DNA of 64,000 bases, taken from the NCBI GenBank assembly GCA_900088475.1, contig FLMG01001379.1, positions 1-64,000 of the forward strand, given 5' to 3'. Numbering within the stretch: position 1 is the stretch's first letter; every line of letters begins with the position of its first letter. Under the pieces are notes generated by a model that did no database searches, was not told where the DNA came from, and worked only from the letters and a program-made list of their open reading frames with translations. This document shows positions 25,301 to 35,661 of the stretch, piece after piece. Source of the stretch: Hyphochytrium catenoides (taxonomy: Eukaryota; Protista; Hyphochytriomycota). The translations under genes were made by a program, and so were the position numbers.

Positions 25301-26412
25301 TTAGCTTCGATCCCAGAGTCTATAGAAGTGAGAAGTAATCGTGGTGACAGCAATAAAGACTAGAGCGGTTGAGAGAAGGAGCTCGGGAACTTTTTGTAGG
25401 GTGGACTTTTTGGTCTGACGCCTTAGAGTAGCCATCTCCACAGCGCTTTGAGCCCACTCTGGGCCATGATTGTGTCCACCAGGCAGTAGTCCTGCCCTAA
25501 GCTTTGCTTGTTCTTCATTTAGACACTCCAACACTCCAAAGAGCACCTAATGCAAGCCGCAGTCAGTCTATAAGGACCTTTCATCCCCTTTCTTTGTCGT
25601 TGCCATGTCCCACGGCTCTCCTTAGCGAGTCTCTCTCGCATCGTAGCCATCCATCGGCGAGAGACTTTCCGCAGGCTCTTCCTGTCTCAGTATCCGCCAT
25701 TGCGCTGTTCTGGTTCCCTGTTCACTTACCGGCACTCCTGTCTCAAGGTTCAGTTTCATGATACCCTGCGTCACTCCCTCAGAGATGTACTCGAAGTGCA
25801 TCGTGTCACCCTTAATGAGGCAGCCCACGCATATCACCGCATCAACTTTCTCCTTCTTGATGACCCTGCTGGCTGTGTAAGGCAGCTCGTAGGCGCCTGG
25901 ACACTGATAGAGAAGGATATCCTAGAGCGATAGAGCAAGACGAAAGTTCTGAGTATAGGGAAGAAGCTGGTGGAAGACTAAAGGGTAAATGTCACTGGCA
26001 AGATGACGCGTGAAGAGCAGCTGAAGAGACTGAGACGAAGTTCAGCAAGCGAGAACTAATAGAGAAGCAGGAATACGTGCAGGACTGCGTCCATGAGGGG
26101 TGAGTGGGCTGGGGTGACGTAGTAGATAAGAGTGTCAGCCAACCTTCTCTTTGAGGTTCAACTTCTTGAGCTCCTCTTGAGCACCCGAGACTATCGCCGA
26201 AATGACCGCCTCATTCCATCGAGTGTAGCAGATGGCTTCATGGCGAGATAGATTGGACATTTGAAGTAGATGGAGAGGTTTGTTAGCACGTAGATCACCA
26301 TAAGTCCAGCACTATTGGGACCACGCTGCCTACCGATTCTGAGGCCAGTGCCATCCAGCTCCCGGTCTCTAATCCCTTTCACAGCCTCCGCGGTCTTCTC
26401 GTACGTCGCCAT
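25301..26412 (-). CDS. ribH: 6,7-dimethyl-8-ribityllumazine synthase, 4 exons
   Basis: Spliced: [66 protein letters not shown]|VLFGVL...EQAKLRAG...[14 protein letters not shown]. Confidence 0.96.
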
Positions 26413-26988
26413 GACAGGTATCCCAAGATCTTTACTTCAGTAGGACTGGGGAAGGTTGATGAGGCCGTTGATGAATCTCAGATGAAGCATCAGGAAGAGG
26501 ATTAACGCCTGCTTCCGGTCGCTCATCGAGGATGCACAGTTCTAAGATCTTCGTCTTCAATCGGCAGCAGATCTAGATAGAGACGATCACGATCAAGAAG
26601 CTTGCATTATCGGTTAGCAGCTTTTCGGGGCGTTACCGGGTGGTGGACGAACTTTCAATGGCTTGAAGCCATGGATAAGAAGCTCTTTATTCTAGGATCT
26701 CCTTGACAGTATCTGTGCTGCATCCGCTCATCAGCGACTGGTGAAGCACCATCTAGAGCTTCATCAATCGCCTCAGACATGAGTGGAGGGTCTCTCCGCA
26801 ATATCCTAGTAGCCCCTTCTTCTGGTTTTGATCTTTAGATACTATGGCGCATCGCTGCCCTTTGTAGGAGCCCGAGGTCGTCCTAGCGCATTGATCTTGG
26901 CCTCCGAGACGAGAGAGCCTCATCGTTATCGAGGCCTGGCTTAAAGAGGTGGTTTTCTGAAAACTCTTAACCTTTCACCGCGTGAGAT

Positions 26989-28407
26989 ATGGTGCCAACC
27001 AGTGAGAGGGTCTTCTTCTTCACGACTGGGTTTGCCGCTGCCCTGGGTCTTCTAGCAGTCCAACACTTCCTGCTGCAACATCTAGCAAAGGGGAGGAAGT
27101 CGGCGGATGACAAGCACAAGCAGTGGGCGGATGCCAGTTCTCCCAAGAGTTCAGGCTCCTTGTCGACGCCCGGCAGTCCCACATCCTCATCTGTTATTGG
27201 TGTAAGAGACCCCGCACATTTGGAGCACTGTCAGGTGAGTGGAGCTGCCAGTCATAGTGCATAGTGAAGGCTGCCCTTCGACGAATGAAGAACCTTCTCT
27301 TCTTGCATTTGGTTAAAGAAGCTATCCCCTTGCTCCGATATATCAGAACAGATGTCTGGCACGACTACCTCTTTGTCGGCCGCCGATCAGGCTGTTTGAT
27401 GCTGGTGCTTTGACGCTACTTTGTGACGATGCTAATATCTGTTGTTGAGGTTGAGTTTTCCTCCGTTCTCCTCTATGTGAGCCTGGTACTCTTCGTGCTG
27501 CCGCCTGTCTCCCGCTAGCGCGCTCACGGATCTCTCCCACAATCAGGAGGTCATCAACTCTAGGAAGGCTAGCGTCCACGATAGTGAAGATAGTCCTATA
27601 ATTATTGCGGTAGCAGGAGGCACGGGATCGGGCAAAACGACGCTAAGCCGTGCAATTGTAGAACGATTCGGAGAGGAAGATGTGACGTACATCAACCACG
27701 ACTTCTACTATAAGGACCTCAGTCATCTAACCCTTGAGCAAAGAGCTAAGGTATCACTTTATGAATCTTTCTTTCAGCGCTATTCGCACACGAGCGCTCT
27801 GTGGCTTTTACTCGTGGGATGGGCCATGTCCATTGTCTAACTTCAGATGCCGCAGCACAACTTCGATCATCCTGAGGCTCTGGACACCGATCTCTTGATC
27901 TCGCATCTGAAGCTATTAAGAGAAGGGAACACAGTGCTCATTCCTCAGTATAACTTCAAGACCCATTCCAGAGAGGAGAGAACAGTTCCGACAAAATCCA
28001 AGAAAGTAATCTTACTGGAAGGGATCCTCATCTTTGCCGGTATGTATGCGTTTGGACTTGTCGTTCAAATCTGCCGAGAAGGCCGACATCAGCACGAGGG
28101 CTGTTGCTAAGCATCTCTTTCTATCGATCCAGATCCACAATTAGTGGAGCTGCTAGATGTGAAGATTTTTGTGGATACACCTGCAGACATACGCTTCATT
28201 CGAAGACTGAGAAGAGATATATCCGAGCGCGGAAGGACGGTTGAAAGCGTAGTAGGGCAATATAACACAACCGTTAGGCCTATGCACTTGACATTCGTTG
28301 AGCCGTCGAAGCAGCTCGCTGACATCATTATCCCGTTTGGGCTGAACCGTATTGCTCTAGATATGGTAGTGTCACGGCTGCGAGCTTACGTGGCGAACTC
28401 CTGCTAG
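26989..28407 (+). CDS. udk: Uridine kinase with N-terminal hydrophobic anchor, multi-exon
   Basis: [15 protein letters not shown]-loop, [76 protein letters not shown]. Confidence 0.95.
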
Positions 28408-29039
28408 TTCTCTCGGTTTTATGAGGCTGATCCATGTTATGCAATTATAATAGAGCAGTTTTCTTAATGCTGAGCTTTCAGACGCACGAATCAGGCTGTC
28501 CGTATACACGCAGCAAGAGACCATGATGACTGCTAAAGGCACTTCGACAGCGTGGCCTGAAAAAGTGAAAGTTTGTCATGACCTTCTGACCCGCGGATTA
28601 CTCCGATCCTAATATTTCAGCTGAAGGAGTCTCCACTGCCTGCCTACATAGAAACTCAACCTGGTACAAGGCTGTCAAAGAGGTAACGGAAGGAAGCGCA
28701 GAGAAAAAAGACACAGAATCCAGCATCTCTTTTCCATATTACTGGCACATGCACAGCGTCCCTTGACATGCGCCCTAGTGGTGTCGCAAAATGTCTTACG
28801 CTGCGAGGCGGACTTTCGTGAGCTTACCACTAGTCCTTCCCATGGACAATCAAGAACGAGGCCACGATAAAGATAGCCTTATTGCACATTGACGTAGATT
28901 CCACGGCCATTCCTGGTCCTAGTACCCATCCGCCTCATGGTCACCGCTTAGACTAGAGGTCTCCCTAGCTAGCTAAAGGATGTCAGGAAACAGTTGTCTT
29001 TGGCTATTCCTGTGATCCTTGTTCGAGAAAGCCCCACGA

Positions 29040-29260
29040 TGCGATACCATTAGACATAGGACTAATTCATCAACAAAGACGTCAGGAGTTCAAGAAGTCC
29101 ATGGTTACAGAAGCAAGTGGCTATGTCTTCTCCCGCAAAGATATCGATCTTGTGGCAGCCTCCTAGGCCTTTATTTGCATAGATCGCGCTACTGCTGCCA
29201 GCATCCTGACACTACTTCCTGCAAATGTGACTCTCCTTCCAACATGGCACAGGGGCCCTG
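29040..29260 (-). mobile_element. Possible degenerate Ty3/gypsy integrase fragment
   Basis: A stop-interrupted frame reads LCHVGRRVTF ... PLASVTMDFL ... SPMSNG, resembling the GHxG..T and P..V.MDFI..LP.S.G motifs. It lies in a ~2 kb gene-free gap. Confidence 0.2.
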
Positions 29261-30484
29261 CCATCGAATCCTTGATGTGTCTTTAGAACCGAACTGTATC
29301 CTACAGTAGTCCCCTCCAACTCTCTCGTGTAATATAAGACTTCGTGTACTCGTAACAGATTGAACAGCCCTTCAGTCTTTTCCTGGCCTTGCTGTCTGCG
29401 TGCCTCATAGAGTCATCAGACTGTAGGAACAGCCACCGAACGGTACGAGTTACATCGACGTCGCCGCGGTGGGCACCCAATAATGGCGTGTTTCCCAAAG
29501 TTATCTTCCCCCCTTTGTCCATACAGAGTCAGCATTGGACAGCCAGCCCGCTAGTCATATCCCAGCCAATGGGAGGCGAGATCCAGGACAAGCAGCCAAT
29601 CGGAGGGAAAAGGGTTGTACTTTGCCCTTGCCAGTTCTGGTGCCTCATCACCACGTGAAACCTTCACAGAATCATTGAAAGAAACTTACCCTTTAACACC
29701 ACAGTTACAACATCAGTCCGGAAAGATTCAGCCATATCATAGCTTTCACTCTCGAGGGCGGACAGCATTGCATAAGAACGGACCCAAACAGCCCCAACTG
29801 CCCACTGCCATGGAACCAACAAGGAGCCAACAAACTTTGTCCTCTGAAGCCCGTTATAATCCTAGACCCGCAACGAACCAGCACTTAAGGAAAGGGGATG
29901 ATCGGTTATGGTTTTATAATGGCCGATAGATATCGAAGAGGTTCTTTTGTTCTATAGTCTTAGACGAACCTTAGGTAAACTTAGGTAATTTAGATAGTCC
30001 AAAGAATAAAAGCGCGGGTTACGGAAAGCTCTGATCACCCCCTCCAAAGTGTGTGAGAGGAGGGGACAGCTTCACGTCTCTACTTTTGTATGATAGTTCT
30101 ATCTCGATAATAATAAGAGCCGGACTCTACCACAAGCATGAAGAAGAGTTTCCAGAGTTCAAGAGAAAGACAGAGCTTATGAGACCCGCTGTATCTCTTC
30201 TGGCGCCGAACATCATCAGCCAGATTTCCCGACATTGCCCGCAAAGACCCCGACCCTCCTCACACTCATCGTTTGAGCTCAAGCGGCAAGGTGGGCGGAG
30301 CTCCAGGTTCCTGAGTTCGTTCATTCTGGCCATGCCATAACCTCCTTCTCCTGCGCCGTGCACCATCAGTCTCCACTCTTGGGGCATTGTGCAGACTCAG
30401 CAGCATATGAGCTGGCCAATCGTCAGTGTTTAAGCTAGGGTGAGCCACATACGGTAGGCTCAAGACTGAGAAATAACTCCCAAA

Positions 30485-32098
30485 ATGAGGCTCTACGCAA
30501 CAGGCATCCTAGCCGCGGTTCTCCTTTCTTTTCCTCAGGCGGAGTGCCAGGACTTTCCTCTGCGACTATTCGGTATTGGTGACTGGGGCAACACGCAACC
30601 GGAGACAGGAGCAGACAAAGATGCACAGCGGAGAGTGGCAGAAGCAATGGCAAAGTATGGAGCTTCGGTGCGCCCTGTCGCGGTGGCAACCCATGGGGAC
30701 AACTTTTACTGGGGCGGGCTGGCAAATCCTAACCATGAGAAGTTTCAAGAGGCGTTCGAGAACGTCTACACCGGAGATTCGTTGAAAGATGTTCCATTTC
30801 TGTTGACTTTAGGAAACCATGACATAGGAGGCAATGCCTACTTATGCGGCAAGGATCCGGGAACTAGTGCACAACACGACAAGTGGCATGTACCATGCAA
30901 CAGTAAGCAGGAAGCGATAGATGCAACACGCATGTATTACCAGGCATCTCAGAGCTACAGTTCTCAGAAGAAAGGCTCTGGAAGGCTTACCTTTGATGGA
31001 GCTTACTATATGCGGGCGTTTAAGGTGGGCTCGCTCAGTGTGGAAGTCTATATTGTGGATACCAATGTAGTCGATAGTGGACATATTTGCTGCCAGAAGG
31101 ACGGCTACGGACAATGTGCGGACCGCATGGGCGGTGTCCCTAGAGAAACCTTTGATGGGTGTATGGAAGTCTTACGACAATCCTTCAGCGAGAGCATGGC
31201 AAAACTCGGGCAGGATTTGGACAAGTCAACGGCAACTTGGAAGGTTGTGAGCACCCACTACTGTCCCACAAGACATATTGGAGGGCCCGAACTCCAGAGC
31301 ATTGTCAGCACGGTGAAGGACAGGGTACATGTATGGATGTGTGGGCACACCCACACAACGGTTCATGACTATATGAGCGTACCGAAACTGCACGTTCTCA
31401 TGAATGGTGCTGGAGGTGGGATTGTTCTTGATGGTCCTTCTTCTCTGGGGGAATCTGGCGAAGTCAGTACGGTCTGGGCCCCTCCTCGATCAGCCTATGC
31501 GTTCACGGATCTTCAGATGTCTGCAGAGTGGATGAAGATTAGCTTCGTCACCTATGACACGACTGTTACTGGGGGAAAAGAGGTAATGGCGTGCAGGGCC
31601 ATTCCGGTCAAACCAGGACCAGCAGTGGAATGCGACACCCTGCCGTCCCAAGCCCCCGCGGTCGAGCAGCCCCCCGTTGGTGACAAAGCTGCTAATCAGT
31701 CCTCAGAGGGCAGTGCCCAAGAGCCAGGCGGCACTCAAGGCGACTCTTCGCCTACGGCTTTGCTCTTGCCTACCACGACTTCTTCCTCAGTTGACAACGT
31801 AGTACAGCAGGGGAGTATCATTGGTAGTGACTCTGGTGATCCCACTGCTGTCAATGAGGCAGCCGCGTCGGGAGCGAGTCGGAACAGCACTACCGTGATG
31901 CTCTCAGTGGTAATGTCCTTAGCAGGTGTGGGAGCAATTGTGGTAGGCGCCGCGATGTGGTATAGACGACGACGGAACACTAGGTGGAGAGCTAGCGAGC
32001 TGCAAGAATCTATGGTCTACGATCCTAGGAGCAGAACGCCTAGAGAATCTTCAGTAGTGTTTGACTCGCGAAGAGGCACCACTCTACTGCGACTATAG
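30485..32098 (+). CDS. Calcineurin-like metallophosphoesterase (TRAP/purple acid phosphatase type), type I membrane protein, intronless
   Basis: Signal peptide; metal motifs GDWG, GDNFY, GNHD, STH and GHTH; Ser/Thr/Pro/Gly stalk; TM VMLSVVMSLAGVGAIVVGAAMWY followed by RRRR. Confidence 0.92.
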   Translation: MRLYATGILAAVLLSFPQAECQDFPLRLFGIGDWGNTQPETGADKDAQRRVAEAMAKYGASVRPVAVATHGDNFYWGGLANPNHEKFQEAFENVYTGDSLKDVPFLLTLGNHDIGGNAYLCGKDPGTSAQHDKWHVPCNSKQEAIDATRMYYQASQSYSSQKKGSGRLTFDGAYYMRAFKVGSLSVEVYIVDTNVVDSGHICCQKDGYGQCADRMGGVPRETFDGCMEVLRQSFSESMAKLGQDLDKSTATWKVVSTHYCPTRHIGGPELQSIVSTVKDRVHVWMCGHTHTTVHDYMSVPKLHVLMNGAGGGIVLDGPSSLGESGEVSTVWAPPRSAYAFTDLQMSAEWMKISFVTYDTTVTGGKEVMACRAIPVKPGPAVECDTLPSQAPAVEQPPVGDKAANQSSEGSAQEPGGTQGDSSPTALLLPTTTSSSVDNVVQQGSIIGSDSGDPTAVNEAAASGASRNSTTVMLSVVMSLAGVGAIVVGAAMWYRRRRNTRWRASELQESMVYDPRSRTPRESSVVFDSRRGTTLLRL

Positions 32099-33430
32099 AA
32101 GCGACGATAGTAACGGTCGCTAGTTGACTCGTGTGTTAACAATTCGTATTTATTGGGGCTCGCCCTGTGATATGCTCGTTCATCTTGACTAGTCGCGTGC
32201 TGTTCGTGGCTCTTGCGTTAACTATCGATAATTGGGAAAAGTATTAGTTCATCAACTCATGTGGCCAGCCGTTCTTTCTTTTCTTTCCCTAGGACAGGAG
32301 CTCTTGACCCCGAAGCTGTACCCACAGCCACTGACGTTTAGCGCAGAGAGCGCCACTTTGCCTAGTGACAGTGTCCTCAGTAGTGCAATCATTGGATAGA
32401 GTAGGCCTTAGAGGTTGTCATGGGTCCCTAATTACACCTTTTCCGTCGCCAGATGACAGGTGAATCGGTCTTTCCCTCTCTCTTCAGACACTCACCCAAG
32501 ATGACCCTTTACTGATTAGTTCTATGCCGAAAGTCTGCTAGCTAGCTGCAAGCCTCAACAATGCATGACCGAGCGAAGCCTGTTGGGTCCTCTACTACTG
32601 GAACTTCCTAGCAAAGTCTCATGATGCTGCAGGATATCTATAGGAGAGCAGGGTGGAACGGGGTTGGGGGAGGAAGGGGAAAGGAAAATCTTTCCCCTCG
32701 GTCAAGCAAAGTCTGATGGGGAGCTGATTTTCCCTGATACCCCAGTTTGGCATATATGTCAAAATCGGGCTCTTTGATCTCTATGTTTCTGAACCCATCA
32801 TCCTATCGAAAGGGTGTCTTGGGAAATAAATGTCACATTCGACTTTGTTCCTTTGACGACCTGACGATCTTATTCCACCACTCTTTCCCCCATCTCTCTC
32901 GGACTCTTCCTCACCTTTGGCCCGTCCTTTCCTCTGCTTCTAGGATACGTCTTCTGCCTCTGTCTCTCTGCTCATGTCATCGTCTCCTGTCATCATCGAA
33001 ACCCAATCAGCATCCCAGACCAGCCTCGCTCCTCCCTCCTCCCACCACTGAGCAGGCGTCTCCCTCGCTCTCTCCTCCTCTCTGTTCTATGAGGATCGAA
33101 AAGCTTCTTCACTCTTCCTCTTAGCGCGTCGTGCAGGGTGACGTGTTCAAGCCCCCGCTCTCCAAACTCCTTCCTCCTCAGCAGCTGCCGTTATAACAGC
33201 GCAATACCTTGATCTGCTGGTCATTCTAGGGTACATACCGGCGCTGGATTGACCAGATAGTCTCTCTTTGACCCAAGTCATCAGCCCTGATAGGATCACA
33301 TCGTTTCCTTCGTTTTGACGAGATCTGGTCGTCCAGACCTCATTTGTGAATTTGACTCTTAGTCTTCAAGACCGATACAGACGCCAACGCATCTACTTAC
33401 CGATCTTCGCCGCTCAATAGGACAAGGAGC

Positions 33431-34576
33431 ATGGTAGAGACAAGGCATAACCCAGTAGCTCCGGAGCTTGGATCTCTCCGGACGGTGGACATGTTCACTG
33501 CCATACAGATTAGGGGCTTGACCATCCGGAACCGGATCATGTTGAGCCCAATGTGCATGTACCATTGTGAAAACAAGGACGGAGTTGCATCTGACTTCCA
33601 CGTCATGCACTACGGAACAAGGGCGCTGGGAGGGACTGGCATTGTATGCGTAGAGGCAACCGCAGTGGAACCAAAGGGCCGAATTTCTCCTCAAGATCTA
33701 GGGATTTGGGGTGACGAGCATGTAGAGCCTCTTAAGCGGGTCACTAGCATTATCAAGGAGAATGGCGCTGTCCCAGCCATTCAGCTAGCTCATGCAGGAA
33801 GAAAAGCAGCAACTTATAGGCCCTGGGGCGTAGGTACTAAGAGAGGGGCTATTCCTGAGGACGAGAGCTGGGAACTTGATGCTCCAAGTTCTATCGCATG
33901 GGGCACGCACTATCCTACCCCTCGTGAGCTAACTGTGGACGAGATCAAGGAGAAGGTCAATCTCTTCAAGCAAGCTGCAGAGAGAGCCCTAGCCGCCGGG
34001 TTCCAGATTATTGAGATTCATGGGGCCCACGGCTATCTCATCCACGAGTTCCTTTCGCCTGTCACCAACAAGCGGACGGACAGCTATGGCGGGAGCTTCG
34101 AGAATCGTATAAGCTTTCTCTTGGAAGTCGTGGATGCCGTTAGGAGTGTATGGCCCGAAGATCTTCCTGTGTTCCTCCGTATTTCAGCTGATGATTGGCA
34201 TGAGAGTGGCTGGACGCCAGAAGACTCTGCTCGTCTAGCCCAAGTGGTAAGGGAACACGGCGTGGACCTTGTCGATTGCTCCGCAGGAGCTATCTCAAAC
34301 GACGTCAAGTACCCAGCATCTCTCGGTCAGCAAGGCTATCAAATTTACCTCGCTGAGAAGGTGAAGAAGGAAGGCGGCGGTGTGCTTTCAGGCGCCGTAG
34401 GAGGCATCAAGGAGCCTGCATTTGCCGACAGCATTATAAAGGAGGGTAAAGCTGACATCGTGATTATTGGGCGGCAAATGCTTGCAGACCCATTCTGGCC
34501 TAATCATGCAGCTGTGGAGCTGAAGCAGAGAGAGCGGTTAGACTATGCCCCAGTCTACAGATGGGCGATCAAGTAA
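33431..34576 (+). CDS. NADH:flavin oxidoreductase / Old Yellow Enzyme, YqjM (NamA)-like, intronless
   Basis: RNRIMLSPMCMY, EATAVEPKGRISPQDLGIW, IQLAHAGRKA, EIHGAHGYLIHEFLSPVTNKRTDSYGGSFENR, GRQMLADPFWP. Confidence 0.95.
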   Translation: MVETRHNPVAPELGSLRTVDMFTAIQIRGLTIRNRIMLSPMCMYHCENKDGVASDFHVMHYGTRALGGTGIVCVEATAVEPKGRISPQDLGIWGDEHVEPLKRVTSIIKENGAVPAIQLAHAGRKAATYRPWGVGTKRGAIPEDESWELDAPSSIAWGTHYPTPRELTVDEIKEKVNLFKQAAERALAAGFQIIEIHGAHGYLIHEFLSPVTNKRTDSYGGSFENRISFLLEVVDAVRSVWPEDLPVFLRISADDWHESGWTPEDSARLAQVVREHGVDLVDCSAGAISNDVKYPASLGQQGYQIYLAEKVKKEGGGVLSGAVGGIKEPAFADSIIKEGKADIVIIGRQMLADPFWPNHAAVELKQRERLDYAPVYRWAIK

Positions 34577-35661
34577 GGGAGATGGTGGGAAGGAGACAGA
34601 AGGAATATACTATTTAAAGCTTTTAACTCAACCTCTAATTAACACACATATTTGAAAGGATTGCTCTGTATGAAGTCTGTCAAATGCACCTTGTACAGAG
34701 TCGGGAGCGCCATCCATCATATCTTCAAAGGATGAGGTGCTGCATCTAGTGCCGTGAGCAGGTATCCAATGTGAAGAAGAAGCCATGACGGGAGGGGTTT
34801 GAGGGACAAACAGACTGCCGTTGGCTCCATCTACCAGGATGGGTCTCGTCCAAAGCGGCACTGCGACGACAGATCATAATCTCCAGAGATCCATCATCCA
34901 TCACCTCCAACATGCATGAACTTTGGCTGAAATGTTTCCATCGTCGGGACCTAGCTGTACACAGTGAAGAGGGCTTGAAAGAATGAGATGATACTTTCTT
35001 GATGAAAGCTTCATGGCCAGTCTAACCTTCATTCACATCATCGAAAGGACACGCACGGCCACGCCATCATTAGAGACCTAGCAGGCCAGCAGATAAGGAG
35101 CGCTTCCGTACGAGAACATGCAAGCAATGTCACACCGATAGGAGAGAAGCTGAACCGCCAGTGAGAAGTCGAGAGCAGACCCGATGGATGAGAGATAGAA
35201 ATAGTCAGGATGTTAAGAGCTTGATAGCTGCAGCTACACTCAGTCAACGTCAAGTAAGTCACAGCAGATACTGCTGGAAATGGTGACTATGGCCCCAGAT
35301 GACACCATTGTACTAGAGCAACACTAGACGAACAAAGGCGATGAGGCTAGGTTTGGGTCATCCTACTATCGGAGGACTAAGTTGACCTTCCGGGAGCGGG
35401 AAAGCGCCAGCCTCGCGGCCAGAGGGTCCCTACGAGGAGAGTAAAAGCCAGACCCCCAATAAAGATGACAGTAGCACAAGTTCTCCTCTTCCTACTATCG
35501 ATTCAGACTTATGGAAAGTTTACGGTGGCAACCCGTGCAGGTGACGATATGCTGCTTCCTTGACTGACCCGATGCAGGCCTTTAACCATAACCCGCTCAT
35601 GCACCCCTGCGCCTATAACTTGACACTCCTGCTGTCTACCCTCGGTGTCTGCGACTCCCAG

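Noticed and set aside
30485-32098. Phosphoesterase as the missing riboflavin-pathway pyrimidine phosphatase of the flavin cluster
   Set aside because: The signal peptide and TM place the catalytic domain outside the cytosol. Known enzymes for that step belong to HAD or other families.
32644-32725. FMN-riboswitch-like ends (gagcagggtggaa ... aaagtctgatggggag) about 700 bp upstream of the OYE gene
   Set aside because: It lacks the conserved core (TTCCC..ACCGGCGGT, CCGAC) and is too short. It is better explained as a G-rich tract that could form a G-quadruplex. cmscan with the FMN model would settle it.
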